From positions 224,001-288,000 of the forward strand of contig CAVQNT010000002.1 of the NCBI GenBank assembly GCA_963714275.1: DNA of 64,000 bases, read 5' to 3'. Positions 52,525-63,538 of the stretch are shown one piece after another. This stretch comes from Candidatus Bathyarchaeota archaeon. GTDB taxonomy: Archaea; Thermoproteota; Bathyarchaeia; Bathyarchaeales; DTEX01. Made by a program: the position numbers and the translations under genes. The notes below the pieces were generated by a model that was given only the letters and a program-made list of their open reading frames with translations, was not told the DNA's origin and searched no databases. The stretch's first letter is position 1. Each line of letters starts with the position of its first letter.

Positions 52525-52733
52525 GCAGACGAATTTACTTGCTCAAGCGTCTCGGTTTCAGTGTTTCGCAGATCCTTAGGATGCCGTGGAGCCAAGCGAC
52601 GTTCTGGATGGAAGCAATAGCCTACGACAATGAGCTTTGGACTTCTCGAGACGTCTCTGGAAGCCAAGAGAATTCCGAAGAAGCCTACGATCTAAACAAC
52701 TTCGCAAGGACTCTACCGAAAGCAAAGAGATGA
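52494..52733 (+). CDS. gpGT-like -1 frameshift extension
   Basis: C CCT TTA at 52494-52500; the -1 frame is open (FREFARSEIGRRIYLLKRLGFSVSQILRMPWSQATFW). Confidence 0.6.
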   Translation, partial: PFREFARSEIGRRIYLLKRLGFSVSQILRMPWSQATFWMEAIAYDNELWTSRDVSGSQENSEEAYDLNNFARTLPKAKR

Positions 52734-52838
52734 AATTATCACACGTGTAATAAAGCCAGAAAAGCTGTCCATTATGCCACGTGGCATAAAAGAAAAATTG
52801 ACTAAAGGGCAAGCTTTACCGAAAGCAAGGGTGAAAAA

Positions 52839-53199
52839 ATGAGCCTAACCATCGAAGTAACAGGCGTCGACAAACTTGTTGAACGCCTGAATCAAATGCA
52901 GACCATAAAAGAGCCCGTAGCGGAAGCTAATGGAGCTTTATCTCGAGAAGGTAGTCACTGACGCTAAGTCTATTGTGCCCGTTAGAACTGGCACCCTTCA
53001 GCGAAGCATCATGTTTTCAGGGGGAGATGGAGAATACCAAGTTGGTAGCCGAGTTTTTTATGCGCCTTTCGTGGAATATGGGACCTCGAGGATGCGTCCT
53101 CAACCTTTTCTCGGTCCTGCTCTTTTGTGGAACATTCCAGCTTTGAAAGAAGCCTTGCTGGACATTGTTGGAGATTGGCTTAGGAGACGTGGAGAATGA
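52839..53199 (+). CDS. HK97 gp10-like tail completion protein (one indel)
   Basis: IEVTGVDKL...PVRTGTLQRSI...YAPFVEYGTSRMRPQPFLGPA. Confidence 0.88.
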
Positions 53200-54482
53200 G
53201 CGTCCAACTTCCAGAACTTGTTACCACCGCTCGAGTTGTAGATGAAGCTTCGGACACTTTGAGGCAAATTGCGACTAACGCAAAGGGTTCTATGAGTGAT
53301 ATGGAGACTGCTGCACGTCAAGTTGAAGATGCTCATAAGCAGATGAATGCTGGGCTTAAAGACGTAGTCACAGGGTTCAGCGGTGTTGCCACTTCAGCCT
53401 TTGCCCTTTACAATGCTTATGATCGAGTTACAACTTCAGAAGTTGCGCTTGACCGAGCTAATCTTGTTGTTAAAACAAGCGCTAACGCCGTAGAAGATGC
53501 GCAGAACAAATTGAATGCTGCCGTAGAAAAATATGGTCCAGACAGCATTCAAGCTCAGTCTGCAGCTAAGGATTTCACTCGCTCAAGAACGGTATCAAGT
53601 GGCTGTTGAACGTGCTGATACTTGCTCAGGGTAATCTTAATCAATCAATGGTAAGTGCAGCTATTCAAGTTATTCCGTCAGTCATCACAGCAATATCCAG
53701 CCTTTCTAAAATGACGGGCGGAATCGACAAAGTCACCGAGTCCCTGGGAATATTGTCCAGTTCTGGAGGTTTGGGGGGAGTAACTGAAGCCATGGGCGCA
53801 GCGTCCGCTGGATCCTCAGGTTTAGGCGTCGCTTTAGGCGCATTAATTGTTCCGATAGCCGCTGCGACCGCTGCGGGACTTGCATTAGTTGGAGCTTTAG
53901 CAGCTATAGGATCCTGGGCAAAAGCGCAATATGACAGTTTGAATATGTCAGCAGAGGCAACAGCGAAAGCAAGCAACATGATGGATGATTACACGGAATC
54001 AATTATCGAAAATGCTAAAGCTAAGCAGCCCTGGCGTCTGGAAGCGCATCTTCTACGCCTACCGTAACAACAACAACCACGACAACGACCACAACTCCAG
54101 CATCTACCGTGACAACTCCGACTGTTGTGGTGAATCCAACAACAACACCTACTCCGGCACCTGCGTCAACAGTTGTAGCGGGAGGGGGAGGAGATAACAT
54201 AAGTAATGATGATGCAGGAAGGAGGCTTCGGAATTGTTGACAAGCCTACCCTGTTTTTGGCTGGAGAACACGAGCCTGAAGCTTACTCTTTCTGTCCCGC
54301 AAGCAAGGTGGGAATTCTCCTCCTTTGAAAGGTCTTTAACGATTAATTTTAGTCCAAACATTCAATCAGGACCCGTTTACGGTGTTAGGGGAGTCCGTGA
54401 GCTCGCTGACCTCTTGTATGATGAATTTAACAAGAGGATCCGTAACGAACTGAAAAGCAGAACATTGTATTTGGAGAGGTAA
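53196..54482 (+). CDS. Short tape measure protein (several indels)
   Basis: ARVVDEASDTL, Ala-rich helices, and C-terminal MQEGGFGIVDKPTLFLAGEHEPE. Confidence 0.75.
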
Positions 54483-54485
54483 AAG

Positions 54486-55310
54486 TTGGCTGTAACCCTA
54501 AAGGCTGGAGCGAATAGTCTTGAGCTTGGAGTTGTAAGAGGTCTTCCCTTCACTCATTCAGGCCGTATTGCAGAGGTTGATTTGCCCGGTAGCCGTGGTT
54601 CAAGCCGTCAGGATCTTGGTAAAGAGCCTATGCGAATAACGTTTCAGGCGCCTTGACTGGTGATGACCGTTACGAAAACTTCGATCAGCTCGAAAGGTAT
54701 AGAGGCCTTGGTTACGGCTTAAAGCTTGAAAGTCCATACCTCAACACTATTGCTTTTTTGGATAGCGTTAATCTTGCGGGCATCAGAAAAACGGTGCTGG
54801 ACTACAGTCTTAGGTTGACGGAGAGCAAGTTTAAAAGTCTTGATAATTGCGACACAAAGGATCAGTGGCATTCGGATGACGGCGGAGACCAGACTCTTGA
54901 GAATGCTGATCCCTTGCCGAAGGAAGGCGAATACTGTTTCAAGCACACTGAGACCGCTGACACAGTTCTGGATTTACAACGATTTCGACATTGTAGATTT
55001 ATCAAATTATGATTACATAGCGTTCTGGTTCTACGTGAACTGCATTGACCTGACTTCTCTCGAATTAAAGATTTATAATGACAACAATAACACTTGGCTG
55101 AGTTACGATTTTCTGCCTTTAATCACGGAAGCTAACAAGTGGCACCGCATACTTCTTCACAAGTCCGAATTCACGGTTCATTATAGCGGAGACCCTCCAG
55201 AAGAGGTCTCGTTCGACTGGAGCGCCCTAGAGGAATTCTTTTTTGAGTTTACTAGAGCGGATTCTCAAGAGATGGTTTTCTGTTTTGACGATTTGGGAGC
55301 GTATGAGTAG
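54486..55310 (+). CDS. Distal tail / tube-initiator-like protein with C-terminal CBM-like domain (indels)
   Basis: IAEVDLPGSRGSSRQDLG..PMRITF; DLSNYDYIAFWFY...W..I..HKSEF. Confidence 0.55.
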
Positions 55311-55328
55311 GTTTCATGGTGATTAAAA

Positions 55329-56045
55329 ATGACAAGATACGTAAATGAAGATGCTGAAACGAAGGTTCAAGTTCTGGATAGTAATGGAGACCCAGCGACT
55401 GGAGCAACGGTTCTCTACAAAATATATGATGAGGCAGACGTGCTTTTCGATTCTGGTTCGATGAGCCATATTGCAGACGGCATTTTTACTTTACAGTGGA
55501 CACCCGATGCTGTTGGCGAGTGGACTTTCGAAGCTTACAGTTCTAATCCTAAGTTCAGAGATTCAAAGGTTTACAAGATTGAGTCTATCTTAGCTTTCAA
55601 GCATAAACCAGACATATACGACCTTCATGAACCACCAGACCTAAACACATGGTATACCCCGCTCGACGTTAGTGGCGGAGCAAGAGTTAAACTGGTAGCG
55701 ATAGAGCAAACTAATGATGAATCTAATGCTAAGGACATTGAGTATGAGTTCACTATTGATGGCGAAGTTTATACTGAAACTTACCCATGCGCTCATGGCA
55801 AGTATTACTCGTTTGTTACAACTTATCACGGTGGCATAGAGCCTATTGAGGGATATGAACAAGTAGCTACGTTCGGAGTTCAGAAAAGAGACTACATATC
55901 CGCTACTGTCGAAGAAATTGAGTCTTCAGAAGGATTTTCAGAAATGCACGCATTCAAATTTAGATACCGTATGACTTCAGCGCCAGGCACAAACCAAGAG
56001 ATGCATTGCGTAATTATCTATGACAAATTAGAGAAAGTGACTTAG
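55329..56045 (+). CDS. Putative virion structural protein
   Basis: Ig-like N-terminus (G.FTLQWTPDAVGEW); acidic. Confidence 0.5.
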   Translation: MTRYVNEDAETKVQVLDSNGDPATGATVLYKIYDEADVLFDSGSMSHIADGIFTLQWTPDAVGEWTFEAYSSNPKFRDSKVYKIESILAFKHKPDIYDLHEPPDLNTWYTPLDVSGGARVKLVAIEQTNDESNAKDIEYEFTIDGEVYTETYPCAHGKYYSFVTTYHGGIEPIEGYEQVATFGVQKRDYISATVEEIESSEGFSEMHAFKFRYRMTSAPGTNQEMHCVIIYDKLEKVT

Positions 56046-56078
56046 TTCACGTTTAAAAACGCTTTGAAGTGAACTTTC

Positions 56079-58354
56079 ATGATTGAGCCAGTGATAATTG
56101 ACGATGAATCCATTGACGAAGAGGACATAACCGTCCGCGCCTTAACCAACTTTCAGACATCACTTGTTGTGCCACGTGGAATCTTCAACGACAATTTTGA
56201 GGGCGAAAACGGACATCCTCCCGACCACGGTAAGTGGATTCGTTTCTTTTGCGGAGATAGCTTGTCTGAGCAGGGTTACGGAGAAAAATACTGTGACATC
56301 CAAGATGGAAGGCTTCGGATGCAGATGAACGGCGACGGAAGCGGAGACGGATGGTTCTACCTGAACTGCATGACTCGTGCTGAGTTTAAGGTGCCCTTCA
56401 GCCTTTCATTTCAAGTAACGATTGAGCATAATGTCGGTCAATGCGGAAACCACTTCATGTTTTCTTTCGTGGATCCTGACCCTAACCGCGGATTTCTGCT
56501 TAATTCTAAACTTTACGGAGATACTCCAACTACATTGTGGGCTTTCGATGACTATGAAGGGACTGATTACTGCTGGGTGCTTAATTGTTATGGAGGCATG
56601 GTTATTAGCGGAGAGAACGCTTGGGAGCCTGACCACGTTTACAACGTTTCCCTCGTTCCAGATTTCACTGATTCTCATTCGACCATTCTCACTATCACGG
56701 ACAATGAGACTGGTGACATAAAATTTCAGACTAATCAAAACTTGGTGGATCCGCAAGTAAAATATTTGCGGGCGATGTTCAGCGTTTACGAGTGGGCTGA
56801 AACCTTCACAGCGTTCACCGTATTTTATGTCGACAATTTCAGCGTTGTGAGATCTACAAGCAAAAAGGCGAAGGCTGTCGTCAGCATGGCTCACTCAGTG
56901 TTGTGGCATGATGGTGACGTTGGTAACCTGTTGGAGGAAGCTAACAGCTTGCTGCGATTTCCTTTTATGGTCAAAGGTTTACTCAACCTGAAGACGGAGC
57001 TTTAACTTCGCTTAGTTTTTTTTCGACTGGTGGTCAGGACGTTCGCATTCTGCTTTATGATAGTGCTGGGAACATTCCTGGCTCTCCCCTGACTGAAAGC
57101 ATTGAGGTTGAAGGCACAGCTGCGGGCTGGAACCAGGTTGGAGTCGGCGGGGTTAGTCTCGATGAAGGCGTTGATTACTGGATTGTTTTTGATATGAGTG
57201 CTGGAGGCGGAGTTCGTTTTAGTGGTGATGGTGGGCATCGTGCTTTCATCGAGGATAGCTGGCATTATGGAGACCCGTTTCCTGACCCTTGGGCTGGAGG
57301 AGAATATGATACAGGCTATCAAGCTGAGGTTTTCTGGATTTATGAGGTATCAGCTCACACTGACATCTTAATAGCGAGTGATGATGTTTCTGACATTAAC
57401 GTTTCTTTAAGGGACAGCTGTTACCCTTCTTCTTCAGTCACGCTTGACAATAAGCACGGGCAATATGACGACATCAGAATCATGGATGAAATCGAGATTC
57501 GTGCTGGCTGGGATCATATTTTGTGGCTTCTTTTCAGGGGCTACATTGACATTCCAGAATTCAGTTTTCCTCCTGCAACCGTGGAGATCTCGAGCAGCAA
57601 GGGCTACGCTTCTGCGCTTGAGTTTAGGGAAACTGATGAAGAATCTTGGGTAGATGAGGATTCCGAAGATATCGTGCAGAGCTTGATAGAGAATTATTAT
57701 GATGATTCTCAATTCACACCTGACTGGATTGATGAAGGCATAGAAATCAGCCTTGACAGTGACGATGAGCCTGTTAGTGAGGTTCTGCAGAAAGTTGCGG
57801 AGATGAATGGTTTTATCGTTTATGTTGACTTTAACAAGGCTGTTCATTTTGTTGACCCTGACGATGATTCTACGCAGAGTAATCTCAGCATTTCTAAGGC
57901 TGAAGACGTGGTGAGCATAAAAAACCGTCTTGTTGACTCGATTGTTAACAGGGTTACGGTGAAAGGCGCTGAAGACAATGTTACAGTTGAAGATGAAGAT
58001 AGTCAAGACGTTTATTGGCGCCGGGACAGGACTTTCACTGATGAGAAGCTAACGAGCTTAGCAGCTGTCACCGCAAGGGCTAATGAGATTCTCGCAAAAA
58101 TGAAAGATCCTTACCAAGAGGTCCCGATTGTTCTTCCCGAATTCTATCTTCTGGAACTGAATGACGTTCTAACTGTTTATTGTGATGCAGTCGGTTTCAG
58201 CGACCCTGATGAAGGCGAATTGATAACGGTGAAGGGTGTAACTTACAATTTTAATCCTTCTGGGCTTCGGACTACGATTAGCGGGGTAAACAGGGGCTTC
58301 GTTGTCTCTGACGTTCTTAGTGATCATGACAAAAAGTTGAAGGGGATATCTTAA
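56079..58354 (+). CDS. Baseplate hub / tail protein with N-terminal lectin-like domain (indels between 57005 and 57194)
   Basis: EIEIRAGW...LFRGYID; LQKVAE..GF..YVD....HF; IVNRVTVKG; SQDVY..R. Confidence 0.65.
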
Positions 58355-59080
58355 ATGACGGGCAGGATGCAGCACGGGACAATTCATTACACTGCTTCCG
58401 AGATTCAAGCGATGGCTGGAGGAGGTCTAGGCGGGGGAGCTGTACCGATCGGTGCGATTCTCATGTGGAGCGGGACTTTGCTTACAATTCCGTCAGGTTA
58501 TCAACTGTGCGACGGCACGAATAGCACTCCTGACTTAAGAAGCAAGTTTGTGAAGGGAGCTGCTATTGGACAGAATCCCGGAGGATCAGGGGGAGGCACA
58601 ACTTACGGTCATGCTGGAGGATCTGTCACAAGGGGGACAGCTGGAGTAACAATAAACAATGAATCTTCTCACACTCACGCTAATTCTGCGAATACGGGTG
58701 CTGGATCAGCTCACACTCACACCGTTGGAACGACAGCGGTGACTCCGACTACTCATAGCAGTCAGGGCGGGCACACTCACAATTCGCATACCACGGCAAC
58801 AAGGGGCACAAGTGGAAGCACCGCTGTGACGGGACCTTCAACTCATGACAATCAGGGAGCTCACACTCATGATAACCACGGTTTGACTTGGGGACCTGCT
58901 AACGAGTCTACTCACACGCATCCAATAGGGGGAAGCACTGGCACGGGCACAGCTCACAGTCACGGTGTAACTGAGCCTAATGCTGGCGCTGGTCATGATC
59001 ATGGTTTTACTCAGCCAAGTGACCACACTGGCGTTGAGCCTTCGTATTATGCTGTCGCATTCATTATGAGGTTGACCTAA
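58355..59080 (+). CDS. Tail fibre/spike with collar domain and HxH repeats
   Basis: VPIGAILMWSG..IPSGYQLCDGTNSTPDLRSKFV; seven HxH motifs; PSYYAVAFIMR. Confidence 0.85.
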   Translation: MTGRMQHGTIHYTASEIQAMAGGGLGGGAVPIGAILMWSGTLLTIPSGYQLCDGTNSTPDLRSKFVKGAAIGQNPGGSGGGTTYGHAGGSVTRGTAGVTINNESSHTHANSANTGAGSAHTHTVGTTAVTPTTHSSQGGHTHNSHTTATRGTSGSTAVTGPSTHDNQGAHTHDNHGLTWGPANESTHTHPIGGSTGTGTAHSHGVTEPNAGAGHDHGFTQPSDHTGVEPSYYAVAFIMRLT

Positions 59081-59252
59081 AAATGTCTGGGACGATTGAG
59101 GAACATGAAGCCGAATTTATCAGGGGATTCTTAGCGGAAGCTCGGGAGATTCAAAGGAAATACGGGATTAACAAGTCTGAAGCCTTGGGGATCCTGGTTC
59201 TTCTGGAGCTAAAGAAGATTCACAGCCACCTTGATAAAACGGAGGGTTCTGA

Positions 59253-59516
59253 ATGACTGCTTGGGGAAGCAAGAGAAGTAGGCTTGAAATTTACTTGGAC
59301 GTCCTGAAGGTTTTGCGGAAGGGAGAATCCAGGCCTACACGGATAATGTATCAGTCAAATTTGTCGTGGAAGCCTTTGGTACAGATTCTTGATAGTTTAG
59401 TGAGGCAGGAAATTATCGAAGTAACCCAAGACAACTTTCACAGTGTTTACCGCTTAACCAAAAAAGGCGTCAATGTTCTGGAATATTTCAAAAATGTAGA
59501 ACTGGAGACTGATTGA
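59253..59516 (+). CDS. Winged-HTH regulator (paralogue of 31561-31830)
   Basis: KRSRLEIYLDVL...PTRIMYQSNLSWKPL. Confidence 0.85.
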   Translation: MTAWGSKRSRLEIYLDVLKVLRKGESRPTRIMYQSNLSWKPLVQILDSLVRQEIIEVTQDNFHSVYRLTKKGVNVLEYFKNVELETD

Positions 59517-59877
59517 AACGACAAACATTGATCTAAGCGAATTCAAAAAGGGAGATCTTATTCGTGTTGACTGGTTCGACGCTTCAAGGGGACAGGCCTT
59601 AACGATCCGTGGAAGGCTGGATATCCCCGTTTACAGTTGGGGAATCTACTTAGGAGTTCTCGGACAGAAAAGGAGACATATCGTTCTCGCACAAAACAGC
59701 TTCAAGCTTAACAACGAATTCTATGACGTCGATTACACCTGCATCCCTGTGAGCTTCCTTGACGGTATAACGGTAATCCATAAAGCTGAGCTCTCGCCTG
59801 ACGTCGCAGAGCTGTTGTTGTTAAGCTTCACTTCTGGGCGTAGGCGCATAATTAAGGAGAGAACTGTAAATGCCTAA
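59509..59877 (+). CDS. Hypothetical protein (non-canonical CTG/ATT start, or an indel)
   Basis: Manual: a 122-codon open frame KGDLIRVDWFDAS...VYSWGIYLG...HIVLAQN...DVDYTCIP fills the gap and overlaps both neighbours. Confidence 0.65.
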   Translation: MIETTNIDLSEFKKGDLIRVDWFDASRGQALTIRGRLDIPVYSWGIYLGVLGQKRRHIVLAQNSFKLNNEFYDVDYTCIPVSFLDGITVIHKAELSPDVAELLLLSFTSGRRRIIKERTVNA

Positions 59878-60079
59878 ACCTGAGAAAGAGCCCAGGATAA
59901 CAATTAAGAATCTCGGCATCAGAATCGGCACGGCTGACTATCGTTTTCTTATTGCCCTGATCCTCACCCTTGGCCTTATAGTTGTTCTCGTTAAGGGAGA
60001 CGTGGAAAGCGGTAAAGTCCTTTCACCCCTTGTTCTTCTTGCGGTTGCATGGTATTACAAAGACAAAGTGAAAAGGTGA
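59870..60079 (+). CDS. Small 2-TM protein (holin-like)
   Basis: Two TM segments and a basic C-terminus. Confidence 0.45.
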   Translation: MPKPEKEPRITIKNLGIRIGTADYRFLIALILTLGLIVVLVKGDVESGKVLSPLVLLAVAWYYKDKVKR

Positions 60080-60082
60080 TTT

Positions 60083-60614
60083 GTGATGCCGAAGGGTAAG
60101 CCTTGGACTAACGATGAAGAAAAGCAGCTTAGAACAATGTTGGATGAACGGAAGCACATTGACTTTATCGCTCAAACTCTTAGTAGATCTAAGGAAAGCG
60201 TTAAAGTAAAAATTAAGAGGATTGGAATAGAAGTTGTTGTCACCCCCGTTTCAGGTCTCACAACAACTTCTGATTTAAGTTCTTCCAGTGGAGCTTCCAA
60301 GCGTTGAGGAAACGCTCAAAACTTTGTGTGCTGCCATAAATTCTCTTAAAGCTCGAGGTCTTGACCAGGCTGAAGTTTTCCGTTTACGGACTATGATTCA
60401 GGGTTGTAAGATCTACAAGGAGCTTCTTGCGGACTACATCAATTATCGCGGGATTGAAATGAGAATAGATGAAGATGGAGGAAGATTATGGACGTCTATT
60501 ATCGGAGGCCAAGGGCGTGGCGGGCAAACCTGCTGTTTCCAAGGTGGTTTAACGCTCAGGACCTTAAGCAGCAATTTGATGAAATTAAGGTCTCGCAGGC
60601 GATGGAGTCAGTAA
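60083..60614 (+). CDS. Myb/HTH protein, terminase small subunit candidate (indels)
   Basis: GKPWTNDEE...IAQTLSRSKESV / ELPSVEETLK; immediately upstream of TerL. Confidence 0.55.
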
Positions 60615-61936
60615 TGATCCTGTGACTTTTTTTGAGCAAGTGGTGGGATTCAAACCCACGTCTTACCAGGTTAACTTTATCAAAATGTTTCAGGAAAAAC
60701 AGTTTATTGCAGCTCGGTGGTGTCGTCAGTCAGGTAAGAGCTGGATTATTTCAGCGTTGCTTTTGTGGTATGCCCTGACGCATGATGACAGTTATATCGC
60801 TGTCGTAGGTCCTTCGTGGAGACAGACGAAGCTCATCATCAGACGTATAACCTATTTTCTGCGTAAAGTCCCTCCTGGAATGTTCACGAAGCCACTGAAG
60901 ACTGTGATCAGGTTCCCTAACGGAAGTGCATAGAAGCTTTCCCGAACAATCCTGACACTATCCGAGGTCCAACGCTTCAAGTCGTGTATTGCGATGAAAT
61001 GAATTTTATTCGTGATGATGAAGAGCTCTATGATGCCTGCCTGTTCACACTTGGCACGACTAACGGGAAATTCGTTTGTAGCATGCAACACCTTGGAATA
61101 CTGACAGCATTTTCTACAAGATTTTTAACCACAAAGATTACGAAGACTTTGCTAAGAGTCATGTTACCTGGCACGATGCTGAGGAGCCTAATGGACCTTT
61201 AAAAAAGAACATCCTAGACAAGATCCGTAAACAATTCGCTGAGGATCCCTGGAGATGGAAAAGGGAGATGGAGGCAGATTGGTCAGAGGACGAAAATGTG
61301 TGGTTACCGCAATCTTTGATAACAAAGTGCATCGGAACAGAACGGTCTTGCGGAGAAGACCTTGATCTGGCTAATCCTGACATCGGACAAAGGGGACGGT
61401 ATTATGGTGGGCTGGACTTTGGCAAACATGGAGACTACACAGCCTTCACAGTTATCGACAGCGTAGCTGACAAGTTCTTACTTAGATACATGAAGATATG
61501 GCCACTCGAGACGCCTTATGCTTCAGTCATCGGCTTCGTTAAGCAGATTCAGGACCGCTGGAGTAACTTCATAACGATTCGTGCTGACCAAACAGGAATA
61601 GGCGACTATATTGTTGAGGATATGAAGAACGGCGGAATCCTGAATGTTGAAGGAGTCACCTTCAGCCTTCCCAGAAAACAAGAGATGGCGAGCCTTCTCA
61701 AACAGAGGATGATGGACAACAAATTCTATTATCCCTATTTCACTTGGGACAAGCCTTACCGCAGCGAATACGTTGCTGAGTTGAATGTTGAAAGGTTCAG
61801 CCTAAGGAAAGATGGCACCATCGTTCTTAATCATCCTCAAGGCACCCATGACGACGTCTTTTGGTCGACAGCACTCGCCTTGTATGCTACAGTTGAGATG
61901 AAGCCTATTGATCCTGACGGATTCAGGTTCGGGTGA
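60488..61936 (+). CDS. Terminase large subunit (several indels)
   Basis: RWCRQSGKS (Walker A), YCDE (Walker B), GLDFG, DQTGIG, HDDVFWS. Confidence 0.9.
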
Positions 61937-61942
61937 TAGATA

Positions 61943-63376
61943 ATGAAAGATTTGCGGATCCACAAATTTAGGCGCCTTTACGATAGGTCAACGGGAAAGT
62001 TTACAGTTGATATTAAATATTCCACGAGAGCTGACATCACTCCTAGGACTATTGGGGTTGCTGAAGCCTTCGGACTGGGCATTGATGAAGCAAAACTGCA
62101 CGTCATTTACGATAACGCAGAATTCCAGATTGGCCAATCAGATATCGTTTACATCACTGGCGAAAGCGGTTCTGGAAAGTCCGTTTTGCTACGGGCTTTT
62201 GAGAAGGACCTGGGAGATGAAGCTCTTAAACATTGATAGCCTCACGCTGGATCCTGACAAGCCTCTTATTGAAACCGTAGGTAAGGACCTGAATGAAGCC
62301 CTCGAGCTTTTGAGCAGAGTTGGGCTGAATGACGCTTACCTGTTTCTCAGAAAATACCGGGAGCTCAGCGACGGACAGAGATATCGTTACAGGATAGCTA
62401 AGCTCATAGAGTCAGGTAAACAGTTCTGGATAATGGACGAGTTCTGCGCCACATTGGACCGTGAGACTGCGAAGATCGTAGCCTTTAACGTGCAGAAACA
62501 AGCCAGGAGGACAGGCAAAGCCGTGATTGTGGCAACTACGCACACTGATCTCCTTGAGGACCTTGCCCCTTCAGTACACATCCATAAGGGTTGGGGGAAA
62601 CGTCTTGAAGTCAATTATTATTCTAACCAGATTAACATTGTTTGCAGTGTTTCGAGGGATCTTAGAATCGAGGAGGGCTCCATGAAGGACTATGAAGCGT
62701 TAGCGGAATTCCATTACCGCAATGTAACTGCTCATCCGGCTCCAATTAAGACCTTCACGTTATGGCGAAGCGATAACGAGCTTGCAGGCGTCATCGTCTA
62801 CTCTTATCCTCCGCCACAGATTTTCGGGCGTAAGGAAGTCTGTTGGAAGAAGTCTTCCGATTCAGGAATTGAACGAGAAACTTGCGTCAATCAGCCGGGT
62901 TGTTCTTCACCCGAAATACCGCAGCATAGGCTTAGGCGCATATCTTGTTAGGGAAACGCTGCCCCTATGTGGAAGACGCTACGTTGAAACTATGGCTGTT
63001 ATGGCGCAGTACAACCCTTTCTTTGAGAAGGCGGGAATGAAGAGAATCGCTGAAAGAAAATCAGATACATCAATCACTGAAGCTATAGATAGCCTTGAGC
63101 AGCTAGGCTTCAAACCCTACCTCTTATCCAGCCAACAAGCAAACATCAACAAGCTAGATACATTAAGCGAAACTCAACTAAACAAAGTGCAAGAAACACT
63201 CTTACAGGTCAAGACAGTATATTATAAAAGGCTACGGTCAACAAGCGAAATCTTCCTTAAAAAAGAAGAGTTTGGAAAATGGCTACATACAGACTTCTAA
63301 TGACATCACAGCTAAAGTAATTACTCGTTTGTCAGTTCTCGCTGAAACCAAAATTTACCTGTTCTGGGAGAATTGA
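61943..63376 (+). CDS. ABC-ATPase / GNAT acetyltransferase fusion (indels)
   Basis: GESGSGKS, LSDGQ, IMDEF, ATTH; FHYR and ISRVVLHPKYRSIGLG. Confidence 0.85.
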
Positions 63377-63538
63377 AATCCTATAGAATGAACCTAAGTT
63401 GCCAACAGCGAATTTCGTTTTCCGGTGTAATCAAATAACAACAACCTAATTTAGGATTAGATAAAAGTTTGGGTTTGGAAAATAAAATATAGAAATCAAG
63501 AAAACCTAAAAGAAATTGATTAAATATGGCGAGTAGAT

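Larger units (their letters stand above)
49978..63376 (+). mobile_element. Tailed-virus (Caudoviricetes-like) tail and packaging operon lacking head genes in this window
   Basis: Co-oriented, tightly coupled genes from adaptor to terminase. Confidence 0.85.

Noticed and set aside
39149-59080. Diversity-generating retroelement (duplicated genes, tail fibre)
   Set aside because: No reverse transcriptase, and paralogue differences are not adenine-specific.
49978-59080. Contractile injection system or R-type tailocin
   Set aside because: No sheath or baseplate wedge (gpJ/gp25) genes recognised; the module looks non-contractile.
60083-63376. Programmed frameshifting in terminase and ABC-GNAT
   Set aside because: Multiple irregular breaks without consistent slippery motifs are better explained as sequencing indels.
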